Positions 29,001-37,794 are shown, counted from the stretch's first letter. The stretch is DNA of 64,000 nt from Acidobacteriaceae bacterium (GCA_049518555.1 JBEKRR010000013.1:5189-69188); one strand, 5' to 3'. Notes: a model not told the origin generated them from the sequence alone. A program made the numbers and translations.

Positions 29001-30092
29001 TTTTCGGGCGCGCTCACAGGCTCAAACTTGGTGGGCGGCGTTACACTTCCCTTCCCCCGCTTCGCCGGTCCGAGCGCTACCTTTGCCCAGGCCCTGAGGC
29101 CCTTCCCCCAGTTCTCGAGTTGCAGTACTTCGAACATGGCCAAATCGGGCAACCAATGCGGTAACGACCTCTGGGGACAGACTGGAAACTCAAACTACAA
29201 CTCGCTTCAGGTGACCCTGGTCCAGCGCCCGTGGCACAACCTCCAAGGTATGATGAATTACACTCGCGCCAAGGAGATCGACAACACCGGCTATCACAGG
29301 TCCGAGTTCCCGGTGGGTCCGCAGGATGGAAACTTCGTTCAAAGCATGTCTGCCAACCGTGTCGACCGCAGCCTGGGAACTTCCAACCAGACCAACGGGT
29401 TCAACCTGACTTGGAGCTATGCCTTCCCCATCGGCCGCGGCCAGGCCTTCTTCGCCACCAACCGCATCGCCGGTCTCATCGGCGGAGGCTGGGAGTTCTC
29501 GGGTATCTACAGGTATCGCGATGGCACTCCGCTACAGATCACAATGGGCACCAACTGCATGGTCAACGCAGTCGGCGGCCAGGGGGTCTGCATGCCCGAC
29601 TACACTCCCGGCTTCAACAAGAGGCAGGCGCGCGTCAATGGCAGATGGGGCCGCGGTCCGGGGTCCAATGCCACCAACTTCAACACCATCAACTACCTCA
29701 ACACGAACGCCTTCGAAAGTCCCGATTCTTCTCCGACTGACCCGTCCTACAGCACCGGTACAACGACGGAACCCTGGACTACCTTCAAGATCGGCAACAT
29801 CGCAAGTACCGCTCCGGATGGAATCAAGGGACCGGGATGGTGGGACATCGACTTGGGCCTCCGACGCACCTTCAACGTTCGCGAGACCGCCACGCTCCAC
29901 CTCACCTTCCAGATCGAGGCAGACGTGAGCAACGCCACCAACTCCACCTTCTTCAACGTCGGCAGCCTCAGCCTATCGGCAAACAGTGCCTCTCCCTCTA
30001 CCAATTGGTCCAGCACCTTCGGCCAGGTCAACGGCCAGAACCAGCAGATTGCTCCGCGCGACTGGCAGTTCGCAGGCCGCTTCCGGTTCTAA
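26013..30092 (+). CDS. TonB-dependent outer-membrane receptor, Oar-like with carboxypeptidase-regulatory-like N-domain
   Basis: GTITDPSGAAVANAQVT, SGGNQFHG, DNWQISPKLTLNLGIRYD, WEPRLGFAY, terminal QFAGRFRF. Confidence 0.93.
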   Translation: MYRNTTVGSLPLGLSRRLLAQCFATLFACLTVVCGLALAGGLPLQAQSTSGGGIQGTITDPSGAAVANAQVTATNTDTGVATTHTTSGTGTYSIQPLPVGTYNVEVVAKGFQRLLQENIEVDNSSVVGLPLKLTVGGENTTITVTDAPAYLNTTDAVLGGTIENQLYSSLPLSMNGGPRDPTAFQYLMPGVQENPGNNTNQGTTAGSSGIYGGSGQTNLNANYVEGVPVSNINSQGSGTAVANAVSVDAVNQFSVQTSGASTSFGGAGVTNYTINSGGNQFHGTVFDFVRNTMFDTWGYFSKVPSATGYAIKPGEHQNSYGGSIGGPIIKDKLFFFGSYEGYHYTKISNTPQYITVPTMLNRVGNFTDKLGTISQSISDPTAASNGSRPAFQGALNGIPTLNVIPPWEISNISLALQAALPPPTNNATFSNYLASLPLSNQDYTVDVKIDYTLNSRNKFSLTSLGGLVGYAGAPDYTGSSAYNQLPIPYAAGQYTNQKTATGIIRYTFIASQSLINSLSYGYTRNWGEGFSLTKGTANTATKAGINNLPPGNAADNMPSVGFNTDSGPTAPANWNSNSNTGPVAQNTYSIIDNLTWIKGRHNITFGAQVQWLENNGGSYGGYSQSLGLTYHAYDTAGPGNGDTYASFLVGAVYGDSVHTQTIQDVGARYRPMSPYVQDNWQISPKLTLNLGIRYDYLQPYHEVQDRIAFLNPTMINPIVGVPGVLEYAGFPNINNFTAETTAPFLTAAQELAMYAPYICHCTTPVHPYNNNWEPRLGFAYAYTPSTVFSGAFSLSLTHSGGVGGGTGALNATGNNSEFSAASGPSQSGSTGNPAFFLNPNYFAASASPPAIVIPPTQGTQGTPPLGQVLGPPVPCVAAGTCSAFSNIPSWTAPGVNVNPLATTGSYDYTSYNADHLNDIGCSTSGTYCNAQGVNYADPYYGGRGPQYISYNLSVQKMINKKAVLTVAYSGSETHFLPGGSGRGYAFNTFSPDYSEQFSGALTGSNLVGGVTLPFPRFAGPSATFAQALRPFPQFSSCSTSNMAKSGNQCGNDLWGQTGNSNYNSLQVTLVQRPWHNLQGMMNYTRAKEIDNTGYHRSEFPVGPQDGNFVQSMSANRVDRSLGTSNQTNGFNLTWSYAFPIGRGQAFFATNRIAGLIGGGWEFSGIYRYRDGTPLQITMGTNCMVNAVGGQGVCMPDYTPGFNKRQARVNGRWGRGPGSNATNFNTINYLNTNAFESPDSSPTDPSYSTGTTTEPWTTFKIGNIASTAPDGIKGPGWWDIDLGLRRTFNVRETATLHLTFQIEADVSNATNSTFFNVGSLSLSANSASPSTNWSSTFGQVNGQNQQIAPRDWQFAGRFRF

Positions 30093-30108
30093 CCTCCAAC
30101 CGATCAAG

Positions 30109-30149
30109 AATGGCGGCCGGCAGACAATCTGCTGGCCGCCATTTTCTTT
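30109..30149 (+). terminator. Intrinsic terminator after the TonB receptor
   Basis: aatggcggcc...ggccgccatt followed by ttcttt. Confidence 0.8.
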
Positions 30150-30229
30150 GCACGCCATTCTCTCTTCTCCTGTTCCTGCTGTAGAAAAGCCGCAAGAGTT
30201 TTTGAACTCGTACGGCCCAAGGCGAACAG

Positions 30230-30925
30230 TTACTTCGGCAGACGGACGACCCGTATATCCCGCGCAACCTCGCGGGAGAGATTGAAGACCTTCGAGGAGC
30301 GTCCGGTCCGCACCGAATAGCCCTCCGATGACGCGCTTTTCCTGACCCGCAGCCGCGCCCCCGGAGTGATCCCGCAGGCCTCGATCGACCTCAGGCTGTG
30401 CGCGTCCCGGTCGGAGATGCTGTCGATCACAAACGTCCCGTCCTCGACGACGTCCGCCAGCAGAATGGACTCCCGCGCCGGCATCTTCCCCCCCATGGTC
30501 GGGATCGAGTGTCCGTGAGGATCGATCCTGGGGTGTCCCAGCTTGGCCGCGATCCGCTGTTCGAAGCGCTCCGAGATGAAGTGCTCCAGCCGCTCCGCCT
30601 CCTCATGCAGCTCTTCGATCGGGTAATCGAGCACCTGGTACAGAAACGTCTCGATCAGCCGATGATGGCGCACCACCTCCAGCGCGCGGCGTTTTCCCGC
30701 GGACGATAGCTGCACCCCGCCGTGCCGCTCATACTCCACCAGCGGCTCCGGCGAAAGCGCCAGCTTCTGCAGCATGTTCGTCACCGATGCAGGCGCCACC
30801 GACAGCCGGCCGGCCAGCGCCTTAATGGTCACGCGGCACTCCTCCGGCCCCCCCAGAGACAGAATGGCCTTCAGGTAGTTGTCCACCGATTCGGTGTTGC
30901 CCTTCGCCCGCCGACGCGCCGCCAT
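30230..30925 (-). CDS. mntR: DtxR/MntR-family metal-dependent repressor with FeoA-like C-domain
   Basis: ESVDNYLKAI, VAPASVTNMLQKL, VRHHRLIETFL, HEEAERLEH, DPHGHSIP; alternative start 30961. Confidence 0.92.
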   Translation of the reverse strand: MAARRRAKGNTESVDNYLKAILSLGGPEECRVTIKALAGRLSVAPASVTNMLQKLALSPEPLVEYERHGGVQLSSAGKRRALEVVRHHRLIETFLYQVLDYPIEELHEEAERLEHFISERFEQRIAAKLGHPRIDPHGHSIPTMGGKMPARESILLADVVEDGTFVIDSISDRDAHSLRSIEACGITPGARLRVRKSASSEGYSVRTGRSSKVFNLSREVARDIRVVRLPK

Positions 30926-30970
30926 GCGTTGGTCTCTGCCTCCAACTCCAGTTTGACTCATTTCCTATAG

Positions 30971-31000
30971 TTAGGTATACCTAATTCGTAGGCGGGCCTA
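30971..31000. promoter_or_regulatory. Tandem DtxR/MntR-type operator palindromes
   Basis: Perfect TTAGGTATACCTAA (30971-30984) and TAGGC-gg-GCCTA (30989-31000) between divergent mntR and mntH. Confidence 0.8.
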
Positions 31001-31058
31001 ATTATTGTGATGCGCCCCCCCCCAGTCCCGCTTCCCCGGCGCCCTGCACAGGAGATGA

Positions 31059-32522
31059 ATGCCCGATCGTTCGCCAATGCAAATGGAACCTGCGGCCTCC
31101 GGGAGGCCGGAACCGCTCGCGGGCTCTGCTGGCGAAGGTCCGGCGGTTGCCGATGCACTCCCTGCCCGGCGCGGCTTCTTCTCCAACCTGAGCCGCACCG
31201 AGATGTGGACCTACTTCGGCCCGGCCTTCGTCGCCTCGGTTGCGTACATCGACCCGGGCAACTTCGCCACCAACATCCTGGGCGGCACGCAGTTCGGCTA
31301 CCGCCTGCTCTGGGTGTTGCTGTGGTCGAACGTCATGGCGATGCTGATCCAGTATCTCTCGGCGAAGCTGGGCATCGTCACCGGCCTCACCCTGCCGCAG
31401 AACTGCCGCAAGCACTTCTCCCGGCCCACGACTCTCGCCCTGTGGATAGCCGCCGAGATCGCCGCCGTGGCCACCGACCTCGCTGAATTCCTGGGCGCGG
31501 CCCTTGGCCTCGATCTCCTCTTCGGCCCGCTGCTTATCATCCACGGCTTCAGTCCCAAGGAAACGATGCTCATCGCCGCGCTTGTCTCCACCGTGCTGGT
31601 CTTCGCCTTCCTCGCGCTGGACCTTGCGGGCTTCCGCTGGCTGGAGCGCGGCATCATGGGCTTCGTCGCCATTATCGGCGTCTCCTACGCCTTCGAGATC
31701 TTCCTCGTCCATCCCGACTGGAAGCTGGCGGCACTCTACACCCTGCTGCCCACACTCGACCACTCCTCCGCGCAGAACTTCCACGACAGCATCTACGCCG
31801 CCGTTGCCATGCTGGGTGCAACCGTGATGCCGCACGTCGTCTATCTGCACTCCGCGCTGGTGCAGCCGCGCCTGAAGGAACTCACCGGCTCCGCGCTGCC
31901 TGCCGCTGCAACGCTGGAAAACCTGAAGGCGCGCAACCAGCCGACCCAGCTTCCGCGCCGCGCCATCCTCAGCCGCTTCCTGCGCTACGAGCTGATCGAC
32001 GTCTTCGTCGCCATGAACGGGGCATGGCTCATCAACTCCGCCATGGTCCTGATGGCCGCCGTGGCCTTCGTTCACACCAGCAACTTTCAGCCCACTATCG
32101 AGGAGGCCTACCACACCCTCGGCCCGCTCTTTGGACGCGCCGCCGCGGTCGTCTTCGCCGTGGCGCTGCTCTGCTCCGGCCTGTCGTCATCGACGGTCGG
32201 CGTCATGGCCGGCCAGGTCATCATCGAAGGCTTCCTCGACATCAAGTTCCCCATCTTCCTGCGCCGCGCCATCACCGTCATTCCCGCCGTCGTCATCATC
32301 GCCACCGGCCTCGACCCGCTGCGTATTCTCGTACTCTCGCAGGTTGTGCTCAGCTTCGCGCTGCCCTTCGCGCTCATCCCGCTGCTTCTGCTCACCAGCC
32401 GCACCGCGGTCATGCAGAGCTTCGCCAGCGCGCGCCGCACGCGCATCGCCGGCTGGCTCACCGTCACTGTCATCCTCACCCTGAACGCCATCCTGCTCGG
32501 CCAGCTCGCTCTCGGGTTGTAG
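31059..32522 (+). CDS. mntH: Nramp-family divalent metal (Mn2+) transporter
   Basis: YIDPGNFAT, ATDLAEFLG, GATVMPHVVYLHS, GVMAGQVIIEGF. Confidence 0.95.
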   Translation: MPDRSPMQMEPAASGRPEPLAGSAGEGPAVADALPARRGFFSNLSRTEMWTYFGPAFVASVAYIDPGNFATNILGGTQFGYRLLWVLLWSNVMAMLIQYLSAKLGIVTGLTLPQNCRKHFSRPTTLALWIAAEIAAVATDLAEFLGAALGLDLLFGPLLIIHGFSPKETMLIAALVSTVLVFAFLALDLAGFRWLERGIMGFVAIIGVSYAFEIFLVHPDWKLAALYTLLPTLDHSSAQNFHDSIYAAVAMLGATVMPHVVYLHSALVQPRLKELTGSALPAAATLENLKARNQPTQLPRRAILSRFLRYELIDVFVAMNGAWLINSAMVLMAAVAFVHTSNFQPTIEEAYHTLGPLFGRAAAVVFAVALLCSGLSSSTVGVMAGQVIIEGFLDIKFPIFLRRAITVIPAVVIIATGLDPLRILVLSQVVLSFALPFALIPLLLLTSRTAVMQSFASARRTRIAGWLTVTVILTLNAILLGQLALGL

Positions 32523-32555
32523 CCAAGCGCTGCGCTCCTCCTCACGCGCAAAGAA

Positions 32556-32606
32556 AAGCACGGCAGGACGAGCCTAATTTGCCCGACCTGCCGTGCTGCC
32601 GTGCTT
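32556..32606 (-). terminator. Hairpin terminator between convergent mntH and the YXWGXW gene
   Basis: gcacggcagg...cctgccgtgc with aagaaaa on the left. Confidence 0.6.
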
Positions 32607-32612
32607 CATCGA

Positions 32613-34334
32613 CTAACGAGGCTTCTGCTCGTCCTTCGGCTGCGAACGCGCCGCTGGGGCAGGTCGCGCCTGGGACTGAGGCTGCGGCTGTGCCTGCCTC
32701 ACCTGGGGCTGAGGCTGCGCCTGCCGCTGCTGAGGTTGAGGCTGAGCAGGTCGCGCTTGTGGCTGAGGCTGGGCCTGCCTGGTTTGTGGTTGAGGCTGTG
32801 CCTGCCTGATTTGGGGCTGAGGTGCAGCCTGTTGCGGCTGAGTCTGCCTCATCTGCGATTGGGGCGGAGCCTGCCTCGTCTGCGGTTGTGGCTGCGCCTG
32901 CCTGATTTGGGGCTGAGGTGCAGCCTGCTGCGGCTGAGCCTCCCTCATCTGCGGTTGTGCCTGCCTCACCTGCGATTGGGGCGCAGCCTGCCTCGTCTGC
33001 GGTTGTGGCTGCGCCTGCTGCGGTTGGGCCTGCCGCAGTTGCGACTGCGGCTCGTCACGATTCTGCTGGACGGGCCCAGGCCGCGACTCGGGAGTTGCCG
33101 GAGAGTTTCGCATCTGCTGTCCCGCCTGAGGCTGAGGACGCGCTCCTTGCGCCGGCGCCTGCACTGGCCCCGGCCTCGCGTTGCCGCGAACCCCAGGTTG
33201 TGCCGCCGGCGCGGCGACTCGAGGCACTGCCGCAGGCAGCACTCGGTCCTTGGCGATCGGGCGAGCTGCCACAGCCGCGGCGGGCCGCCCCTTGTTCTGG
33301 GTGAAGAGCTGCTGCCGGTTCCCGGCCGCTTCATGCTGCGCCTGCACCTGTGTCGCCATCGGCGGAATGCGCTTCTCCTGCAGCACGCGGACCTCCGCCG
33401 GCAAGGGGCGTGCCACAATTCCGCCGCGCCCGCCGTTGAAGCTCACCTGGTTGCTGATCCGCCCGGTGATCACCACATTGTTTATCCTCACGGGGTGAAC
33501 GTACACATTGCGAATCACGTTCACATTCACGCGTGTGATCGTCGTGTTGTAGAAGAAGTGGCCACCGTTCCAGTAGCCGCCGTAGTATCCATGCCCGACG
33601 TATCCGTACCCATAGTCCACGCCGCCATAGAACCCGATGTGCAGTCCCCAGTATCCATGGTGGAAGCGGTAGAACCCGCCGAAGAAGCCCCAGTACCCCG
33701 GAGTCCACAGCGCGCCCTCATACGGCGCCTCCACCCAGTAACCCGGGACCCAGTAGTATCCCTCCGGCCCCCAAGCCCAGTAGCCCGGCGTCCACAGATA
33801 GTCGGGATACGGCGCGGGTGGCTGGTCGTACTCCGGCAGCGGTGGAGGCGGTGTGCTGGCCTGCGCATCGGTCAGATCGTTGGCGTAGTCGTCGGCCGCC
33901 TGCTGATCGCTGAGTTGGCCGTTGTCCGCGGCGCCGTTGTCATAGCTCTGCTGGCCTGAATCCGGCGCCTGACGCACAATCGGAGCGGGCGGCTGCTGCG
34001 AATAGTCCTCGCCCTGCTGCTGGTTCTGGTTCTGCGCGCTCTCACCCAGCGCCTGCGCCGGCTGCGCAGCATCTGCCTGCGCCATATTCGCATCCGCCGG
34101 GTCGCCTGCGTTCTGGTCGACCGCGCTCTGCGAGCCTGCCGCCTGCGCCGACTTATGGCAGCCCGGAATGCTGAGTACCAACGCAATCCCCAGGCCGGCG
34201 CCAAGAAGGCCCCGCCCAATCCGGGCCAATCCAACCCTCCGCCGTCCGCGCTCCGCCGGTCCTGTCCGCACCTCGCCTGCCTTCGCCTCTTCGATCACGT
34301 CGTCCTCCGTTCGCGCCCTGCTGCTCTGGTTCAT
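32613..34334 (-). CDS. YXWGXW (WxxGxW)-repeat putative lipoprotein with Q/P-rich tail
   Basis: Lipobox-like LVLSIPGC; YLWTPGYWAWGPEGYYWVPGYW...LWTPGYWGF...HGYWG; C-terminal RQAQPQ repeats. Confidence 0.8.
   Translation of the reverse strand: MNQSSRARTEDDVIEEAKAGEVRTGPAERGRRRVGLARIGRGLLGAGLGIALVLSIPGCHKSAQAAGSQSAVDQNAGDPADANMAQADAAQPAQALGESAQNQNQQQGEDYSQQPPAPIVRQAPDSGQQSYDNGAADNGQLSDQQAADDYANDLTDAQASTPPPPLPEYDQPPAPYPDYLWTPGYWAWGPEGYYWVPGYWVEAPYEGALWTPGYWGFFGGFYRFHHGYWGLHIGFYGGVDYGYGYVGHGYYGGYWNGGHFFYNTTITRVNVNVIRNVYVHPVRINNVVITGRISNQVSFNGGRGGIVARPLPAEVRVLQEKRIPPMATQVQAQHEAAGNRQQLFTQNKGRPAAAVAARPIAKDRVLPAAVPRVAAPAAQPGVRGNARPGPVQAPAQGARPQPQAGQQMRNSPATPESRPGPVQQNRDEPQSQLRQAQPQQAQPQPQTRQAAPQSQVRQAQPQMREAQPQQAAPQPQIRQAQPQPQTRQAPPQSQMRQTQPQQAAPQPQIRQAQPQPQTRQAQPQPQARPAQPQPQQRQAQPQPQVRQAQPQPQSQARPAPAARSQPKDEQKPR
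32660..33050 (-). repeat. Coding tandem repeats (Q/P-rich), including a ~96-bp duplication
   Basis: gcctgcctgatttggggctgaggtgcagcctg at 32800 and 32896; many RQAQPQPQ units. Confidence 0.85.
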
Positions 34335-34459
34335 TGTCTTCTCCGTTTCTGTCCTCAATCGGTTTCCGCGGCCTTCGTCACTCTGTCGAATGGCCGCGAG
34401 TTCCCTGCTTAGGTATGATGCAATCCGTCGTGCAAGATCATCCCGCCCGGTCAATCAAT

Positions 34460-35614
34460 CTACGGCGCGGGATACTCAACCGTCTCGCCGGTGCGCCCGT
34501 TGGTCACCGCGATGCTGCCGTCCATCCTGCCCGTCAGCTTCAGGGTGTTCCCCGCATCCGGTCCCGGCAGGTTGGCGATGCGCGACTCCGTGACGTTGTG
34601 CCTGGCATCGCTTCCCTCGGCTGTGTGCAACTGCCACAGGTCTTTCAGTCTGGATGAACCCTCGATCGTCTCGAAGGTTGCGGGCGAGCCGCCCTTGCGC
34701 GGGCCGTTGTCCTCGATTGCCACCCGCGGCGCAATCGCATCCACCAGCGCCGGGCTGCCGCTGTTGGTCAGCCCGTGGTGCGAGACGATGTATACATCCA
34801 CCTTGCCCAGCTTGTCCACCGGACACATCAGCCCCCGCTCCTTGTTCCACGTCAGGTCGCCCAGGTCGAGTATCCGCAGCTTGCCAAACGTAATCGCCAA
34901 CCCCAGCGAGCGGTCGTTTTCGGTGTTCTCCGCCTCCTTCAGCGGAGAGGCCGCGCAGAACGGATTCTGCTCGCCGGTAGCTGCCAGAGGCGTCTTCAGT
35001 GGCTGCGCAATTACCTCGCCGTCTCCGCTCACCACCTCCACCTTCATCGCCTTTACCGGCAGCACATCGCCCGGCTTCACCGTCAGATGCTCCGCGCGGC
35101 CCTCCGCCAGCACCTTCTGGTACGCCTCGTATCCCGCAATCGTCGACGCGCCGCCCTGCACACCCGCGCCCTCGCGGTTCACGCCATGGTCGATGAACCG
35201 CCCCACCGGGACCATCCCCACCAGTTGCGGCAGGCCGCCCACATGGTCGGAGTGGTAGTGCGTCACCACTAGGTTGTCGATCTTCGTCACCCCGGCCAGC
35301 TTGCACACCGCCGCAATCCGCGAGGCGTCCCGGGGCGCCGCCGGGTTTCTGGAATCCGGCGATCCCGTATCCACCAGCAGGCTCTCGCCACCCGGCATGA
35401 CGAACAGCGTAGACTGCCCGCCCTCCACATCCACAAAGTAAACCTGCAGCTCGCCCCGCCCGCTCCGCGCCCCACTGTTTTGACCCCGGTGCTCGCCTGT
35501 GCTCTGCGCCCCGCTGGTCGGGCCCCTGTGCTCTCCCGTGCCCTGCGCCCGCGCACCCACACCCAGCGCCAGCAACGCCGCCAACCCCACGCTCCACATC
35601 TTCCCAATGCGCAT
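34460..35614 (-). CDS. Secreted metallo-beta-lactamase-fold hydrolase (ComEC C-terminal-like)
   Basis: Signal peptide; FVDVEGGQST, LLVDTG, THYHSDHVGG, ENDRS, LGDLT, VSHHG; SD GAGGGA. Confidence 0.8.
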   Translation of the reverse strand: MRIGKMWSVGLAALLALGVGARAQGTGEHRGPTSGAQSTGEHRGQNSGARSGRGELQVYFVDVEGGQSTLFVMPGGESLLVDTGSPDSRNPAAPRDASRIAAVCKLAGVTKIDNLVVTHYHSDHVGGLPQLVGMVPVGRFIDHGVNREGAGVQGGASTIAGYEAYQKVLAEGRAEHLTVKPGDVLPVKAMKVEVVSGDGEVIAQPLKTPLAATGEQNPFCAASPLKEAENTENDRSLGLAITFGKLRILDLGDLTWNKERGLMCPVDKLGKVDVYIVSHHGLTNSGSPALVDAIAPRVAIEDNGPRKGGSPATFETIEGSSRLKDLWQLHTAEGSDARHNVTESRIANLPGPDAGNTLKLTGRMDGSIAVTNGRTGETVEYPAP

Positions 35615-35774
35615 AATTCCCTCGTTTTTTTTCAAGATCGCCGCCCAGGATCGCTCAGTTCGGCCAGCTTCTTCAATTGCTCCAGATTGTCGCCGCAATA
35701 GATGACCCCGTGTCCAGCAACGAGGAAGGCATAGCCATGGTTATGCACCAGCATACAATGGCAGGGACATATTT

Positions 35775-36566
35775 GTGAGCACCGCAGAAGCGGGAGAGCG
35801 TATGCAACCTACCATTCGGACGATCAAGCGACTTTGCGCCCTTTCGGATAATCGATGTGCCTTTGGAGGTTGCTCAACTCCCCTGGTGGACGATGAATCT
35901 GGAACCGTCACTGGCGTGATCTGCCACATCAAAGCGCAGCGGAAAGGCGGGCCGCGCTATGATCCAACTCAGTCGGAAACGGATCGGCAGGACTTTTCAA
36001 ACCTAATTATGTTATGCGCCACGCACCACAAAGTGGTAGACGCGGACGTAAAGCGGTTCACGGTCGAGTATTTACAGGAGATGAAGGAAAGACACAACTT
36101 AACCGGACGTAAGGAAGTCGAACCCATAGATGCTACGCGGGCTCAACTCCTCCTTCAGAACTACACGATCAGCGTACTGGGTCCGCTAACAGTCGGTACA
36201 ATTCACGCAGAAAATGTCACGATTAGCGGGAAACGGAACACGCGCCCCAAGATCGAACCACCACCGGATGTCATCGCAGGCAGTTCGGCGCACCGTCGCT
36301 ACGCACATCACTTGATTCAGCGGTACCAGTACTTTGCCAGCCGACAACCCGGGCGCATCTTTGGTCACGGGGCTGTATACAAGGCGATCGAGAGAAAATT
36401 TCGAGCAACTTGGGAATGGGTACCCCTCTCCCAGTTCGCAGAGTTCTCAGCTTTTATCCAAGAGAAAATCGACAGAACCCAACTCGGAAGAATCAATCGA
36501 AGCAAAGGTTTTAAGAACTACTCCTCATTTGAGCAGGAAGACAATAAGATTAAAGGCAAGTCTTGA
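35775..36566 (+). CDS. HNH-endonuclease-domain protein with an unknown C-terminal domain
   Basis: NRCAFGGC...CHIKAQRKGGPRYD...NLIMLCATHHKVVD; visibly AT-richer than the flanks; alternative ATG 35802. Confidence 0.7.
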   Translation: MSTAEAGERMQPTIRTIKRLCALSDNRCAFGGCSTPLVDDESGTVTGVICHIKAQRKGGPRYDPTQSETDRQDFSNLIMLCATHHKVVDADVKRFTVEYLQEMKERHNLTGRKEVEPIDATRAQLLLQNYTISVLGPLTVGTIHAENVTISGKRNTRPKIEPPPDVIAGSSAHRRYAHHLIQRYQYFASRQPGRIFGHGAVYKAIERKFRATWEWVPLSQFAEFSAFIQEKIDRTQLGRINRSKGFKNYSSFEQEDNKIKGKS

Positions 36567-36570
36567 ACAC

Positions 36571-36598
36571 CCGCAGCCCGCAGCTCATAGCTCATAGC
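36571..36598. repeat. Intergenic heptamer tandem array
   Basis: ccgcagc ccgcagc tcatagc tcatagc. Confidence 0.6.
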
Positions 36599-37035
36599 CG
36601 AATCAAAAAAATCCATCCACACACCCCTCAAAACCACAGCAATCTCGCATGTCAAGGCCCTCGACCCTCCAAAATCCCCCTAACCCACGCTCCACCAATC
36701 ACTTCCCTCCGCAAAATAGTTGGCATACTAGTTTCCCTCCAATCCGTATAATTGAAGCAGGGGGAAATCTATCGCACAGTGCATAGCCAGGTCAGCGCGC
36801 GGGATCAGGAAACCTCGCGGATCGCTTTCAACAACCCGATTGTTTTCTTATATTTGAACTGTAACTCGTCTTGAATGACGACTTTGCAGATATATTCCTG
36901 CATCTCGTTACATTTGGCTACTTTAGCGGGGAGGGGGGGAGGGGGAGGGAGAGAACAAATAACGTATAAAAAGCGAAATAACGGCGACTCCCGTTGCAAA
37001 CCAGCCAGAATCGGGGCAACGCAAACTCAGCCCAG

Positions 37036-37794
37036 CTACGCCAGCAGCACTTCGATGCCTTTGCCGCGCAGCAGTTCCACGTATTCGCCGTCGAGTTCGC
37101 TGTCGGAGACCACCGTATCGGCGTCCTCCAGCGGCCCCACCGGAATCATCGCGCCGCGGCCGAACTTGGTGTGGTCGGCGACGATGATCACCCGGCTGGC
37201 GATCTCGATCATCTTCTGCTCCGAGCCCACCACCAGCGTGTTGTTGTTGCTGAACCCGGCCTCGGTGACGCTGCCGATGCCCATGATAAGCACGTCGGCG
37301 CGGATCATGCCCAGCATCTGCTCGCACAGCGGCCCCAGCATGACGCGGAGGCGCGGGTCCAGATAGCCGCCGGTCAGCGTCAGTTCGATGTTGCGCCGCG
37401 CCTCCAGCGTCTCGGCGATGGGCAGCGAGTTGGTGACGATGTGCAGCGATTTTCCGGCAAGCTCTCCGGCGACAGCCGCAACGGTAGACCCGCCGTCCAG
37501 GATGACGGTCTGGCCGTCTTCAATCAGCCCGGCGGTAAGGCGCGCGATGCGGCCCTTCTCGTCGCTGAAGCGCCCGCTCTCCACGGTGAAGTCGAATGCG
37601 CCGTTGCCGGACGCGTGCACGGGAACCGCGCCGCCGTAAACTCGCCTGAGAACGCTCTCCGCCTCCAGCACGTCCAGGTCGCGGCGCACGCTGGACTCGG
37701 AGGCGTCGAGCTCGCGGCACAGGGTTTCCAGGTCGAGGAAGTCCTTGGCCTCGAACATCTGGCGGATTCTCAGTTGCCGTTCAGCAGCTTTCAT
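37036..37794 (-). CDS. DeoR/GlpR-family transcriptional regulator (last gene of the BMC operon)
   Basis: SESSVRRDLDVLE HTH, RRVYGGA, ILDGGSTV, IVTNSL, IIVADHTKFG. Confidence 0.93.
   Translation of the reverse strand: MKAAERQLRIRQMFEAKDFLDLETLCRELDASESSVRRDLDVLEAESVLRRVYGGAVPVHASGNGAFDFTVESGRFSDEKGRIARLTAGLIEDGQTVILDGGSTVAAVAGELAGKSLHIVTNSLPIAETLEARRNIELTLTGGYLDPRLRVMLGPLCEQMLGMIRADVLIMGIGSVTEAGFSNNNTLVVGSEQKMIEIASRVIIVADHTKFGRGAMIPVGPLEDADTVVSDSELDGEYVELLRGKGIEVLLA

Noticed and set aside
32660-33050. Possible CRISPR array in the periodic repeats (also the heptamer arrays)
   Set aside because: No constant repeat with unique spacers, the repeats are coding or 7-mers, and there are no cas genes.
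34460-35614. ComEC competence channel
   Set aside because: Only a secreted MBL-fold domain; no competence membrane domain or other com genes.
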